Shown here in pieces: positions 12,101 through 27,100 of a DNA stretch of 64,000 nucleotides. The first letter of the stretch is position 1; each line of letters starts with the position of its first letter. Where the stretch lies: positions 25,110,001 through 25,174,000 of the forward strand of contig NC_059438.1 in assembly GCF_021028975.2 (NCBI RefSeq). Direction: 5' to 3'. The translations under genes were made by a program, and so were the position numbers. The notes beneath the pieces are model-generated. The model saw nothing but the letters and a program-made list of their open reading frames with translations, was not told the origin of the DNA and ran no database searches. This DNA comes from Sphaerodactylus townsendi (taxonomy: Eukaryota).

Positions 12101-15100
12101 CATAAATGGAGGCACCTGGCGTTACAAAGAGGTGCTAGTAGTGTTGCTTTTAAATGAAGAGCCTTCTTTTGTGGCGCCCAGTCTGTGGTGTGCACAAAAG
12201 GCCTCCTGATTAGTCAGTGGCAGCAGTCATGCGAATGGCAATAAGCACACCGGGAATATGGCTCTGTTGGGCTACTCTCTTTGACCAGTAAATGCTGCAA
12301 GTTATTCATGTAGTTCTATTCTATGTAATACTGCCCTTCTCCTGGGCTTCTGTGCTAAACGGCTGCTGTCTCCTCCAAAGTGTACAAGGGACACCTGCCA
12401 GAAGCATCCCACCCTGACCCTGCTGTCCAGCTGTGCTGTGGCCCGCTTCCCCTTCCTGGCCCCCCGAAGGGCCCTGCTCTGTTTCTCTTGGGCTGGCCCA
12501 GACTCTTTCAGAATGCCATGTCCGTGTCACTCTGTTCTGACCTCTGCAGGGCCCACTCTGAGTGCCAACCCATTTAGTTTTTCCACCCCAAGAGGTAAAA
12601 TGCACAGGGGGAGGTCATTGTTGTCTGGCTGGGGTGTATTTTCTTGCGTCCTCCCTGCCCTCCCGCATGATGCATCCAGTTGCCCTGGAGACTTTGCAGG
12701 AGGCCGAGGTGCAGCACTGCAGATTCAGGTGATATTGACTTAGAAGGACGTCAGTTTCTGCCTTTGAAACTGGTCTGTCCAGTTCTGGGCTTTGCAACTC
12801 TGCAGCTGTGATTGTGGTCAGGCACTGAAGGCATCCGAGCTTCTTGACCCCTGACTGATGGTGCATTAAAATCCTCCCAGGCCAAGAGCTCACTCTGCCT
12901 CCAGGCAGCACCAGGATTTTACTGGGGGGGAGGCCAAGAATTGCATCAGCGTAGTGGTCCCCGGAGGAACATAAGCAGCGGCGGAGGCAGCGCAGCCAGG
13001 AGCTCTTTGCTGCTGCCAAGGAGACCTCCCTTCCTAGTGGCTCCTTGGGGCTTTAATGGTCCCTGCAGAATCTGCCTTGAGATCTTTACATGTTCCCTGA
13101 CCCGGCCTGAGCAAGCCACGCAACACCAGCGCTATTTTTGGCTTGCATTGTTCAGTCTTGTGCTTGCAAATACAATAGATTTCTGTCACTCACCACGACT
13201 TCACTCGGCTCTTTTGGAAATGGTTTTGATGTCATTCTGGAGCAATGAAACAAGATCCGCGTTGGCTGCTCATCCATTTCCAGGCGCAGTTCAGAGTGCT
13301 GCTTCTTGCCTGTTGGGACCTAAACAGGGCTTAGGCTTCGCCCCAGGGAACAATGATAAAATTGTCATAAAATTGTCTGGCACATGCAGCGCAAGCGATG
13401 TTTAAAAATGGCTGGACGGGGCTCGTGGCCTTTCCACAGCGTCCAGTCAAGAATGCTGCGGAGCTTGGAATTCTGTTCCCGCATCAACCTAATTTTGTCC
13501 ACTCAAAGGTCCCCTTTTAAGTATTTTGTATCTGTTGTGCTGTAGGGACCGAGTTGCCACAACAAACGAATTTCTCTGCCAGGGTGTTTAGCACTCTTAG
13601 TGGAGAGAAATATTTCTTGCTCCAGACCTGCCGTTTCTCTTTCGTTAATGTGGGGGGTGGGACAGGGTCTGTCAGCAGTGTTTGGTGGGTGGGGCTGCGG
13701 GGCAGGCTGATTCTCGGGCAAGCAGGACAGCCCAGGAGTTGGCTCAAGTCCTGCCACAGAACTTCTGCCTGGGGCTCCTTGTGAGCTCTTGGGGCTGCTG
13801 AGAAGAATCTGCTGAGTCCTGGGCTTGCAGGACACGGCTGTGGTTACCTGTGCAAAAGGTACTCTGGAGGTGTTTTTCTTCTAGCTGAGCTTGTTCTTTG
13901 TCACGCCAACACGTGGCCACAGCTTCAGGCTGGAGGTCCAAGGGCACCGCCCAGACCTTGAGCTGCTTTCTCCTCTCCCCTAATGGCCACGTTTCTCTTT
14001 TAGCCTGAGTGAGAAGTGTTGTCACTACCCAGAAGTGTACCCACTACCCAGGGCATAAGTGTGAGAGAACTCCTCCCAAACAGCCCAGCAGCCTCCCATA
14101 TCCTGGGAATCAAAGCATCCCACCTAAGTCTGTATGATCCTTTCTATGCCTCTTGCTGGGACAGACTCCCTCCTGCGTCCTGCGCACCTGCCTGCTGTGC
14201 CGGCTGACTTCTGAGTGGGGTTAGCCTCTAAGGAGCTTTTCAGTGGGATAAATGGCAGGAAATGAACAGCAGTGTGTGTGTGGGGGGGGAGGGCTCTGCA
14301 TGTACAGGGGTAGGGGCAAACCTGGCTTAGGAAGGGTCCCAGCTGCTGTTCTACATTCTGCAGACCGTGTGGGGGCTTAAGGGGCCAAGCAACCCCCTCC
14401 CCCAAGTGGGATGAGTGGATTTCATGGCCAAGCGGGAGATGCAGGAGGGAAGTGCCTTTGGGGCAGCTCATGTGCGGCTCCTGTCCTTGCTCGTCCTGCC
14501 CCCTCCTCTTTCGCCCCTTGCTGCCTCCCCTCCCAAATATTTGTCCTTCACAATCTGCTGCCTGTAAATGAGGCAGGTGCTGCAGCCAGCTGTTGTGTGG
14601 GGGGGGACACTGATTGATCTTTGCAGTGGAATGGAAAGGTGGGCTGCAGGTGAAGGACTGAACCTGTGAACACCCACCCAGTAGGGTAGTGATGGCAAAC
14701 CTTTTTGAGACCGAGTGCCCAAATTGCAACCCAAAACCCACTTATTTATCGCAAAGTGCCAACACGGCAATTTAACCTGAATACTGAGGTTTTAGTTTCG
14801 AAAAAATGGTTGGCTCCGAGGCGCACGTTACTCGGGAGTAAGCTTGGTGAAGCAACCTAGGAGGGTTTACTCAGAAGCAAGCCCCATTGCCAGCAACTGA
14901 GCTTACTCCCAGGTAAAGGATCGTGCCTAGGCTAGCCTAGATGTGTGTGTGGGGGGGGGGTTCCACCCCCCACATGATGAACTCTGTGCACGTGTGCCCA
15001 TAGAAAGGGCTCTGAGTGCCACCTCTGGCACCCGTGCCATAGGTTCGCCACCGCTGCAGTAGGGTGATTTTACCAGTTATAGTGGACTTGTAATAAAGCT

Positions 15101-18100
15101 AAACAATTTCAGATACAAATACATTAAATACTTCAGAAGATTTTAAAGACTAACATACAAATGAAACCAAGGGCTGATATTTTGGGTCTTATGGAAAGTT
15201 TGGGAAAAGATATAGAATTTCGTTTTGATATATGACATTGGCAGCAAGAACATTAAATTTTCCATTGTGTGCATATATCTACAATACAACAATGGCTTGT
15301 GAAGAAATTGGAATTGGTTGAGATGGTTAAGCTTACTTCTTTGCTTAGAGAGAAAAAAGCTTATCTAAGTATATCAATAACTGGAAACCCTGAAATAATG
15401 TTTGCTTTTAACAGAAAAAAAGAATGAACTGATGATTTGTAGATTTGAGGACTAGACCAATTTTAAAAAATGAATATAATAAAGAACAGCATGAATCTTA
15501 CTTAATAATAATTAAGAATTAACTGAACTTTAATTCCATAATTGTAACTAGAGAACAAGTGGTAATTTTTAAAACTGTGGTTATATTTGGTGCAGAAGCA
15601 ATTGGAAGCCTTTCCTATCCCTGCTGGTGGTGGTCTTGCCTGCCTCTTTTAAAAGTCCTAGTAAAAAACATTTACCTAAATACCCACCCAGACAATGGTG
15701 GAGAAAGAGAATTTCCCTGAAAACCAGCCCAGCAACTGCCCCTCCCTCCCCTTTTCTAATTCAGTTCATCTTTTTCCATCAGCAGCAGTGGTGTAGGAGG
15801 TTAAGAGCTCGTGTATCTAATCTGGAGGAACCGGGTTTGATTCCCAGCTCTGCCGCCTGAGCTGTGGAGGCTTCTCTGGGGAATTCAGATTAGCCTATGC
15901 ACTCCCACACACGCCAGCTGGGTGGCCTTGGGCTAGTCACAGCTTCTCGGAGCTCTCTCAGCCCCACCTACCACACAGGGTGTTTGTTGTGAGGGAGGAA
16001 GGGCAAGGGGATTGTAAGCCCCTTTGAGTCTCCTACAGGAGAGAAAGGGGGGATATAAATCCAAACTCCTCCTCTTCCTCCTCCTCCTCCTCCTCTTCTT
16101 CTTCTTCTTCTTCTTCTTCTTCTACCACCTATCGGTAACCTAATCGGTAATCGGTAGGGTTTTCTAGACAAGAGACCAACAGAGGTGCCTGCCTCTGCGT
16201 AGCAACCCTCAACTTCCTGGGCCGTCTCCCACCCGAGTACGGACCAGGGCCAATCCTACTTGGCTTCCAGGATTTGATAAGACCGGGCTGGCCTGGGCTT
16301 GAGTTTTCTATCTACTCTCAATGAGTCATTCAGCCAAAATAAATAACTGAATGGTTCATGTCCCTTTGCTTTGTAACGTAACAACTTAGTCACCGAGAGA
16401 CTGAAACAGAGCTTGGAGTTGTCTCTGGGCAAAATTCTGCATTTCAGGTCCAGTTTCTAGCCCCACGGTAGTTTTCACAGTGCTGGGAGAGGGTGGGAGA
16501 AAATGCAGTGCAGTGAACTCTTCCTTTGCTGTGAAAGGCAGTTTGCTTGCTCCAGCTGGTGTTCCGTCTAGGAATCCAGCTGAATTTCTGAATGGTGGAA
16601 TGGAGCCCTTTCTGTCACTCTCCTAAAAACAGTTGGAGGCAATCTGACTTCTCTCCTGTCTGATTTACCTGCATGATTCCCTGGGATAATTGGTTAGTCA
16701 TTGCCCAAGATGTGTAGTGACTTTTGCATTGTGCACAGGGCCTACAGAAGGGTGGGGGGGTATGTGTTAGGGCGTGGGTTAAATTAGAAATGGCTAGCAA
16801 GTGCTCGAGAGTGCCTGAGTTCTCCCTGGATGCAAAGAAAGAAGAAATAGGCACCAGCCACCTTGTGACTGGGCTGGAAAAGGAACCAGGACTTTCCTGC
16901 CTGAGCAATGCAAGGCCTTGGAGAGGAAAGATGAGGAGGAGCCTGCTGGGGTGGTTGGGTTGGTGGGCAGCTCTTCAGAGTGGAGGTGCCTTCTGTGTCC
17001 AGGTACAGTTCAGTCTGTTGCATTGGTGATGAAGAGGGGGCTCCGTGTGGCCTTGCAGGTGCCCCTGCTGAGCCAGCAATCACCCTGGGGTGGGTCTTAG
17101 GAAGGATGGGGGGTCACCCCCACGCAATGTTTTCCAGATTTTGCAAAGATGAACTAGCTGGCCTGCCTCTCCTGATGGGCTGTGCAGCACACACGCACAC
17201 ACCCTCTCCTTGCTTTGTAGCTCAAAGGAATGTGAGCAGGGCCGCCCAACACTGGCAGGACTGGAGCTCTGCCGCCTTGCCTTGCCTTGCCTTGCCCCCT
17301 TGGGAGAGTAAGCCAGGAGGGTCAGCCTGGGCGGTTTAATAAGGAACTATTGGAATCCCAGAGGGAGGAATCCTCACGGTGACATTTTCCCCTTGCAGAG
17401 CTCCCGCTGACCTTGACGCCCTCGGCTGAAGCGCAGGTAGGTTGATAAGCGCGGGGGGCGGGGCGGGGGCGGAGGAGAACAAACTTGGGCCCCTCCACTT
17501 CACCTGCCAATTCCTTAGGGTTCATTAAAAAAAAAATTAAAATCTTTACTGGAAGGAGATTCTTTCCTCTTCCCACTCAGCCAGAAGGAGACGCAGCTTA
17601 TAGGTGATTAGCTCCAGTGAATAACACTTCAGCCAGGGCTATAAATGGGGCAAGCTTCGACCTCCACAATCGCTCCACGTGATTTTTTCAGAGGCCAGCA
17701 GGAAAGTGCCCCCCACCCCCCCTGCCCCCAGCAGCTTTGTGCCTGAAACCGCTGCCCAACAGCCCAGCGTCAGTTTCTCTCTTCCGGGCCCTGGCAGAAT
17801 GGATCCCAGAGACTGGCACTCGCCCAGATGATCGTTCTCAAAGGCTCAGCAGCCCCCACCTTGTNNNNNNNNNNNNNNNNNNNNNNNNNNNNNNNNNNNN
17901 NNNNNNNNNNNNNNNNNNNNNNNNNNNNNNNNNNNNNNNNNNNNNNNNNNNNNNNNNNNNNNNNNNNNNNNNNNNNNNNNNNNNNNNNNNNNNNNNNNNN
18001 NNNNNNNNNNNNNNNNNNNNNNNNNNNNNNNNNNNNNNNNNNNNNNNNNNNNNNNNNNNNNNNNNNNNNNNNNNNNNNNNNNNNNNNNNNNNNNNNNNNN

Positions 18101-21100
18101 NNNNNNNNNNNNNNNNNNNNNNNNNNNNNNNNNNNNNNNNNNNNNNNNNNNNNNNNNNNNNNNNNNNNNNNNNNNNNNNNNNNNNNNNNNNNNNNNNNNN
18201 NNNNNNNNNNNNNNNNNNNNNNNNNNNNNNNNNNNNNNNNNNNNNNNNNNNNNNNNNNNNNNNNNNNNNNNNNNNNNNNNNNNNNNNNNNNNNNNNNNNN
18301 NNNNNNNNNNNNNNNNNNNNNNNNNNNNNNNNNNNNNNNNNNNNNNNNNNNNNNNNNNNNNNNNNNNNNNNNNNNNNNNNNNNNNNNNNNNNNNNNNNNN
18401 NNNNNNNNNNNNNNNNNNNNNNNNNNNNNNNNNNNNNNNNNNNNNNNNNNNNNNNNNNNNNNNNNNNNNNNNNNNNNNNNNNNNNNNNNNNNNNNNTGCT
18501 GCCTCCCACAGGACTGGCAGGGTGGAGAACTCGCCATAGAGGACCAGTTGGCTCAGCCTGTTGGAAGAGAACTGTGTGTGCCACACTTGTTTAGCCTGTT
18601 TTGGAATCTGTTCAAGGCAAAGATCAGGTCCCCTGATTGCCCCCTCCCCCCAGACTTCCACTTGGCCAGTGAGCTGCATCTGTGTTTGTCTTCTACAGAT
18701 ACAGCCTGCCCCCCCCCCCCCAACTTTCCCACAGGGAGGAAACAGAGCGGCTTCTGTGTGTCTGTCTGGAGGCTTCTGGCTGCCGGCTTCCCTCCGTCCC
18801 CTGGGGTGGCTCATGTTCTCCTCTGCTCCTAACTAATGGAACTGCAGCACAAGCAGGGGGGTGGGTGAAAAGAAGAGACCCAGATGGATCCAGGAGGAGG
18901 AAATGGGGTGGGGGGGGGGAGGACAACCGTTTGTTGCTGCTGCTTTTCAATCTGTGATTCTCCTGGTGGCTGAAGAAATTTGGAGAGAGGAATACTAGAG
19001 TGCTGAAATAACCAATAATCCCTTTTTGAAAAACTGATCATTTTGTTCTGTTCTGGGAACCACTTTGGGTCACTCCGGCAGCAGCGTGTAAATATTCTAA
19101 ATAAATACAAAATCACTGAAATGCCCAACAGCGTACCAATTAAAATTGGCTGTCTGTAGCTCAAAGGCCGATGGGGCAAGAGAAGCAGTGGGCGAGCGGG
19201 CAGCCTGGGCATTTACCTGGAGGACGCAGGGCAGGAATTAAGCCCCAGAGCAGAAGAACACAGTCCCTCCTCGGGTGCCTTGGGGGGGGGGCGTGCATTC
19301 CTTGGGGGGCTTCATTCAGCTGTGCTTTCTGCAGATGGTGCAGTCTTTGGGCTTCGCTATCTACCGGGCCCTGGATTGGGGCCTGGATGAGAACGAGGAG
19401 CGAGAGCTGAGTCCGCAGCTGGAGCACCTCATCGACCTGATGGCCAACAGCGACTCTGAAGACAGCGGCTGCGGCACGGCAGACGAGGGCTACGAGGGGC
19501 AGGAGGAAGAGGAAGAGGGAGTGGAGGCGGGCACCCTGCGAGCGGTGCGAACCTTCAGCCAAGCCATGCGGCTCTGCGCGGCCCGCCTCACCCACCCCCA
19601 GGAGGCCCAAGCCCACTACCAGGCTGTCTGCCGAGCCCTCTTCCTGGAGACTGTCGAGCTGAAGGCTTTTCTGGCAAAGATCCGCGATGCCAAGGAGGTG
19701 AGACGCCGCACGGCTGGGGGGACTCCTGGCCTGTCCCCTTTTGTGGGGGAGCCTCCTCTGCCCCATCTTCTCCCCAGGAGTAGAGACTTTTGCAGCAGAG
19801 CGGTTGTAATCTTTGGGGGGAGCCATCCATCCACACAGGGCCCCCATTTCTGCCCGAGAGCCCTACTTGCCAGGCTGCACCGCTGCCAAGGGCAGGTGCC
19901 CCCACCACACGCACCCTTTGAAACTGTCAGGTGGTTGATCCGGACAGGGAAGAAAGCCGGGTTGGCAACTCCTGTGAGAGGCTGCAGAACAGGCCTCTGG
20001 CTGCTGGCTGGAATGAGCCCCTCCCTGTGGCCAAGGGGACTCGCATTTGTTTCTCAACCTCCTGGACTGTCTGCCAGCTGGATCCGGATGGCTCGGGGCA
20101 GGCCAGGGCCGTGGGTGGCCGGTGCCTGCGCATCAAAACCTGCACAATGCAGAACAGGCAGCAAGCCGTGCTGGGAGGAGAGCCCAGGCAGGGCCTGCCG
20201 AATGCTAACCTGGCAGCGGCTTGTCAGGCTTCTGGGAAACGCATCCGGCTCGGACACTGGCAGGTCTCCAGGAGAGGGCAGGCCTTGGACTGCCCCAGCG
20301 CTGCAGGGAGGGCTCCTCGTTGCCTGCCCTCTGGTGGCTTGATCTGGATGCAGACGCTGCAGTCCAGATGTTTGTAGTCTAAGATCAAAGTGGGGGGAGC
20401 AGGGAATAAGCAGTTGCTCTTCCGCTCTAGCCATGCCCTGGGTGAACCCTGACCCCTAGGTGAACCCTGACCCCCAGCCGCTTCACCGGCCAGAACTGTC
20501 ATGCTAGCTGAAGAGCAACCCTCACAAACACCAGCTGCCTGTTCTGCACCGTGGAGCCCTGAATGAGTCTGGCCGTAACCCTTGCCCAGCCTACTGGCAG
20601 GCAGAAGAAGTTGGCTGGGAAGTACGTGGAGCCTGGCTGGCTTAAACCACAATCACAAAAGTATGGTGGAGTCTCCTCCTGTGGAGGTTTTTAAACAGAG
20701 GCTGGGTGGCCATCTGTCAGGAGTGCTTTGATTGTGTGTTCCTGCATGGCAGGAAGTTGGTCTCGATGGCCCTTGGGGTCTCTTCCAACTCTATGATTCT
20801 GTGAAACGTGTTGTTTTGTGTGTGGTGGGGGCACGAGGCCACCTTCACTGCACTGCAGCCTATATCAGCTGTGGATCTCCCTTGCTGCCCACCAGCCAAA
20901 TCCCACTCCTAGAGGACTTCCAGGCTGGCTGTGGACCAGCATGAGCAAGCTGTGGCTAGTTCAGGCCGCAGGGGCTTGTGGGAAAGACTGTGCTAGCCCT
21001 GTTTGGTGTGTGAAGGAGTCAAGGAGGAAGGGCTGAGTCAGTGGGCAGTGGAAGCCGCGCTCCTGCCACGGGAGTCAGCACAGAGCCACCTCCTGAAGCA

Positions 21101-24100
21101 AGCAGCACCTGCCTGCCCCGCCCTCTCCAAACAGTCCTGTGTTTCTAACAGGCAGCCTGATGCTGCTCTCCTGGGCACCTCCCTGAAAGGTCAACTATTA
21201 CACCCATTGTCCAAATACTGCTCCCTACTTTAGCACTGCTGATGGCGGGGGTGGGGGGGGGTGTAGTAGCTGCTGCAAGCTCTCTCTTGGGTCCCTTCTG
21301 GTACTGCAGTCCCCACTGGCAGCAGAGGGGACTCTGCCTTGTTGGCAATTGCTCCTCCCCCCCCCAACACCTACAGGCTTTGATCCTGTGCCAGGGCAGG
21401 GCAGTCAGGTGTCCAGGTGTTTATCAAGAGACTTCTGCCTTCCGTCTTCTCAAGGTGGCTTACAAACTCCTTTTCCCTTCCTCTCCCCACAACAGGCACC
21501 TTGTGAGGTAGATGGGGCTAAGAGAGGTAGGAGAGAACTGTGATTGACCCAAGGTCACCCAGCAGGAATGTAGGAGTGCGGAAACACCTCTGGTTCACCA
21601 GATAAGCCTCTGCCAATCAGGTAGAGGAGTGGGGAATCAAACCCTGTTCTCCGGATTAGAACCCACCTGCTCTTAACCACGACACCACACTCAAATTATG
21701 GGTGGGGGAGGAAAGAGCCCCCAGCCCCTCCTGTGCACAGTTAGGCTGCTAGATTGCAGATCCCTAGGCAGGGAATCATGAACATGGAACCGAGTGGCGG
21801 ACCCTTGATGCAACTTGTGCAAAAGACGCTGCTCCCTTGGCTCTTCTGACCCACACCAGAAGGGGCCTGGTAGGTACCACCCTGTGCAGCCCCTCCAGAG
21901 TATCCTGACTCTTGCTTGGAGATCTTCCTTGTCCATGCGCAGGGTCCTTGTGGGGTGTGCTCTTATCAACCACTTGCTCAGGGCTTGTGGGAGGGGGCCT
22001 CTCATGCTAAAAACAACACCTTCCCAAGTGGGTGCCTTCTTTGGGAGGAGGGGCTTCCGTGTCTGGCTCCAGCTTGTGTGAATGAGAGGCCAAGAAGCAG
22101 AGGTGGGATCCAGCAGGTTCTCACAGGTTCCCGAGGGTAGGTTACTAATTATTTGTGTGTGCCGAGAGGGGGTTACTAATTGGTGATTTTGCCACATGAT
22201 TTTTGCCTTAGTTGCACCCCTCCTCTCAGCAGTAGCGCGCAGAACTTGAAGCAGTCTAGCAGGAGGTGCACCGGCGTGCATGGCAGCCTGCGCCTGCGTG
22301 CATTCGTTTCCCGCCCAAGGACTGGCGCTGCAGCTGCATCCTTGCCACAGCCCCACCCAGGAATGCCCCGCCCCTGGAATGCCCGGCCACGCCCCCGTCA
22401 TGCCTGGCCCAGCCCCATTGGCACTACGCCACAGTTTGAATCCCACCACCATGGGAACCTGTTACTAAAATGTTTGGATCCCACCACTGCCAAGAAGCCA
22501 TGTGGAAAGGGGCTTGGCTGTGTGGCCGGCTGTGAGTTGGGCCAGGCAGCAGCTCTTAGCTCGTGAGCCCGCCTGCCTTGCCAGGAAGTTACCGGTGGTG
22601 GAGACCTCAGCTGGAACACTGAACTGCTTTCTCCGTTTGGGGTGCAGATGCTGACAAAGCTGAAGGAGGAGGAAGATGAACAGCAGTCGGCAGCAGATCT
22701 GGACAGCCTGAGGAACACAGACTGGGTACGGAGGAGCTGGCCTGGCCTGGCGGGGGCAGGGGGCAGGGGCTTGGCCTTGCTGGGCTGTTTCCAGGCCAGG
22801 TGGAGGTATTTGCTGTCTTCACTGCCCCGTTGGAGGACGGGGCTCCCAGAAGAGGCACCTGCGTTCTGTGTCCAATCTGGCTACCCCTTGCTTAGAGGAA
22901 GAGGGACAGCAGGGGTGGGCCGGGAGGCCTAGGGGGGAGGGGCAGGGAGTGTGCCAGGGTCTAGCGGGCCCAGAGCCGGCAGTGCAATCTGTGATGAGCC
23001 CTCTTGACAGCCGGGATGCTTCTTCTTGTGGCAGGCTCGGCTGTGGGTGCAGCTGATGAGGGAGCTCCGGCACGGGGTCAAGCTGAAGAAGGTCGAGGAG
23101 AAACAGTTCAACCCCCTCCCCACCGAGTACCAGCTGACCCCCTTTGAGATGCTCATGCAGGACATCCGGGCTCGCAACTACAAGCTCCGCAAGGTCATGG
23201 TGAGCAGCAGGGACCCCCCCCCTTCCTTTCTCTATCCTTGGCCTTGCTAGTTTGCTGCTCCGGTTGACCGAGAGATTCTTCTAACTTGTGAACGTTCATC
23301 AGGTGGATGGTGACATCCCTCCCAGAGTGAAGAAGAATGCTCACGAGCTCATCCTGGACTTCATTCGGTCCCGCCCTCCCCTGAGACAGGTAACCTTCCA
23401 CGACACCCTGTGCGAGGGGGGTCAATTCAATTCAATTCAATTCAATAAGCCTTTATTGGCATATACACAGTGGCGTATCTGCCTAGGGACAAGGGGTACC
23501 CCTTGTCCCCGGGCGCCACTCTTCTGGTCACGTGGGGGGCGCAAAATTGGCCCCCCACGTGACCAGGAAGTCCTGCTGTCTCATCTGAGACCTGTCTGAG
23601 GCATGCAAAAACGAGGCAGCAGGACTTCCTGCTGCCTCCAAGCACCCTCAACCCCACCCTGGACTCCCCCTCCCTTCCTCCCAGATGGCAGGGGAAGTCT
23701 TGGGGGGAGGTGGGCACTCTAGACCTTGCCCATGTCCATGGTGATATGGGCGGGGTCGAGGGCAGTGTGGGTGGAGTCTGGGGGCATCAGAGGGCAGAGC
23801 TGGGGTGGTGGTGGGCAGAGCCTGGGGGGCGTCCTGGAGACAATTTGTCTCCGGGTGCCAGTTACCCCTGGTATGCCTCTGCATATACACGATAGTATAA
23901 AAATACAGTTCCAGTTAAAAAATGAATAGTAAAAAACTTCGCGTTTGTCATACATTCAGTTTACAAACTTCTGACAAAAACTTTGCCACTATAAGGCAAC
24001 AATGAAAATCCTGACAATTTAAAAGCATAACTACTTTATGTGATTCAGTATAATCAATCATAGAGTCTATGGCTTGGGATAACAGACTGGATCGGAGTTC

Positions 24101-27100
24101 TTGATATAATAAGCAGTTCAGGAGAATGTGTGGAATGGAATCCAGCTGTCCTATACTACAGGGACAGAACCTCTTATCGCTTGGAAGACCTTTAAGTTTT
24201 CCTCTATGTAGCGGAGATGGCATGATGTTAAATCTAGCCAGCGTATAGGCTCTCCTGTGTATGGGATTTGTGAGCGCTGTAATATAATAGGCTGGGTATA
24301 TATAATAGGCTGGGTATACGCGAGGGGGGGGGTCTTCCTTACAGAGTAATTTGGCAGACTAATTATTGGAGGAGCAGATACCTCAAGGCCCACCCCCTGG
24401 GATGTGTGGCAGCAGGTGTGTGTGTGCCGTGGATCTCCCTGGCATTTGGGAATCAGCATCTCTAAGACCTCGTTCCTTGGGAAGACAGAGGTCTCTCTGC
24501 TGCTTTCTCTGCCGCTGCTCAATGTGACTGTCCAACCCTGCTGCAGGCGTCTGAAAGGAGGCTGCGCCCGATTCCCCAGAAGCAGCGAACGCTCCACGAG
24601 AAGATTTTGGAGGAGATCAAGCAAGAGAGGAAGCTTCGCCCTGTGGAGTCCCAGAAGGGTAAAGTAGCAGAATAGTCCTCAGCGGAGGTTTCTCTCCTCG
24701 GACTGGCAGGGGAAACGTTGGGAGCCAACCACCCACCCCACCCCCCAGGTTTAAGGAGACATTGCAGAATCACAGAGCACCAGCAAAGGCCTTCTGAAAG
24801 ACAGACCAAGTCTCATCGGAGTGTTCACAACCCTTCACGTGCCCAATATTGCTGCCATCTGGTTAAGTAGGCCCACTAATTATCATCATCCCCATACTGC
24901 TCCTGAGGGGTAAAGACCATGACTTGCCTTGGACCCCTGTGTGAGTTTACAGCAAAGGGCAGATTGGGGAGGGGCTTCTTGAGCTGCAATGCCCTTGAGC
25001 GAGAGAACCCCTGTTCATGGAAACAGCAACGGAGTCCAGAAATCTTTGCCTGCCCTGATTGGGCAAATGCTGTCTGCTGAGGGAAACCCTTTCCTGGTCT
25101 GTCCAGCTGTCTGGGTGCCCCCCTCAGCTCTCCCCACCCCCCTCAGCGGCTCCTGCCTGCCTCTCCTCCCTCCTCCAGGATTCGGTTCCCTGCCCTGCCT
25201 TCTGAACGCCTGCTCCAGCAATGGCAAGTCCACCTCCTGCATCAACCTTTCTGTCTCCGACTCCAGCGGGCTTCCCCAGCGCCAGAGGCCGAGGGTCTTG
25301 CTGAAGGCCCCCACGCTGGCTGAGATGGAGGAGATGAACATTTCGGAAGTAAGAACTCAGGGTCTGCCTCTGCTTGTGCTCTAGAACAACTCACACCTCT
25401 GCCGCTCTGTGGGGGGGGGTGCTCTTCAACTGACCTTCCCATTTCTGTCCTCCTCCCCCCCCCCATCTGCTGCTTCCAAGGGCCGCATTGCCTTGTGCAC
25501 TGTGCTAAGGGTGGCCGTGATGCAGCTTTCTTTGGGGAGTGCTGCATGGGCTTTTGGGGGGCTACCCTGTGCCCAGAAGTGGTGCCCTTGACTGTGCGCT
25601 GCCCCCTCTCTTCTTCTGCAGGAGGAAGACTCTCCCAGCATGGAAGCGATGGAGGACCCTGGCACCCTGATGCCCCTGAAGCGGGACCGCTCCTTCTCAG
25701 AGCAGGACTTAGCTCAGTTTCAGAGCGATGGTGGCGGCGGCGGCAGCGGCAGCGGCAGCAACCAGCCAGGCTTGGAGGACTGCCTGGGAGGCAGTGGGTC
25801 TGAGCCGAGGCCCCGCTCAGGTACCTCCAGCCTTGCATGGACCAGCATGGAAAAGGAGGGCAAGTGTCACCTCCCCACCCCCCACATGTCTTCTTCCTGG
25901 GCAAGCAGCCCTCTGAGGAGGGGGCAATCTCCAAATTGTTCAAGGAGCGTCTGGGGACAGCATAGGGCCATGGTGGTGAACCTTTGGCACTCCAGATGTT
26001 ATGGACTACAATTCCCATTAGTCCCTGTCAGCATGGCCAATTGGCCAATTGGCCATGCTGGCAGGGGCAGATGGGAATTGTAGTCCATGACATCTGGAGT
26101 GCCAAAGGTTCGCCACCACTGGCATAGGGGATGCTTGCAAGAGACAGCAAGGAGAGGTCTGGGAACTCCTCCTGACCTCCAGGGCAGAAATAGCTGGAGG
26201 GGGGGGGGCATTTTCCAGGACAGGCTCCTCCTTTACTCTCTGCAAGGCACCCTGGGAGAGTCATCGTGGTCCTTGGGACAGGAGTCAAGTGGAGAAGACA
26301 ACGGTTGCTTCATCTCCGTCGTGGGGCATTCGGTTCCTTCCATTAGCTCTCTCTCAGCACTGTCTGCCTGTGGCTCGGCGTATGCCTCCCACCTGCGCCC
26401 CATGCAGGCAGCAGCTCCCAGGGCCAGATCTGTTTGGGTTCAGTACTTCAGCTAGACTCACCTGAGATGGTTGTGGCTGCAAACCTGTCCTCTGCCTGGA
26501 ATGCAGGAACCACCCCCACCACCCCCAGGCATCCTCCCTCCAGCCCTGGAGCAGCAGCCAGGGGGGGCCCGTCAGTCATGCGTGGAGGCTCTGCTCGGAG
26601 TTCTTGCCAGGGAGGTTCTGAACCCGCCTTCTGCTCCTCTCCCAGGCTCCGTTCCCGCCAGCTACCATCAGGGCCCTTACGGCAGCTCCAGTCCCACGTT
26701 CTCTGGCCAGAGCGTCCTCAGTGCCGTGGAGGAGAACTCGGAAGCCAGCTGTGGCCACACTTCAGAGGTCACCATGAAGCAACTGTGGCTGGTCAGTGGC
26801 TGGTGGGAGCGGAAGAGGGGTGGGCTCAGCTGCCGCAGGACGGGACTCTCTGCCACCCCCGATCTATTGTGCTGGGACCAGGTGGCAGAGGCCAGCCCCG
26901 TTCCTTCTCCAGGTGTGCCATGTGCAAAAAGCAGACCTCTGGCAATGCAGCAGGAGGGACAGCAATGGGGGGGGGCATACTGGGGAGGCAGAGCATCTGC
27001 TTGGCGCCCAGGAGGTCTCAGGTTCAATACCCGGCGTTTCCAGTTAAAGGATATGGCAGTGTGTGATGTGAAAGACTCCCACCTGAGGCCCTGGAGAGCG

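Noticed and set aside
17737-18832. Long ORFs in several frames
   Set aside because: Artefacts of translating through the N gap.
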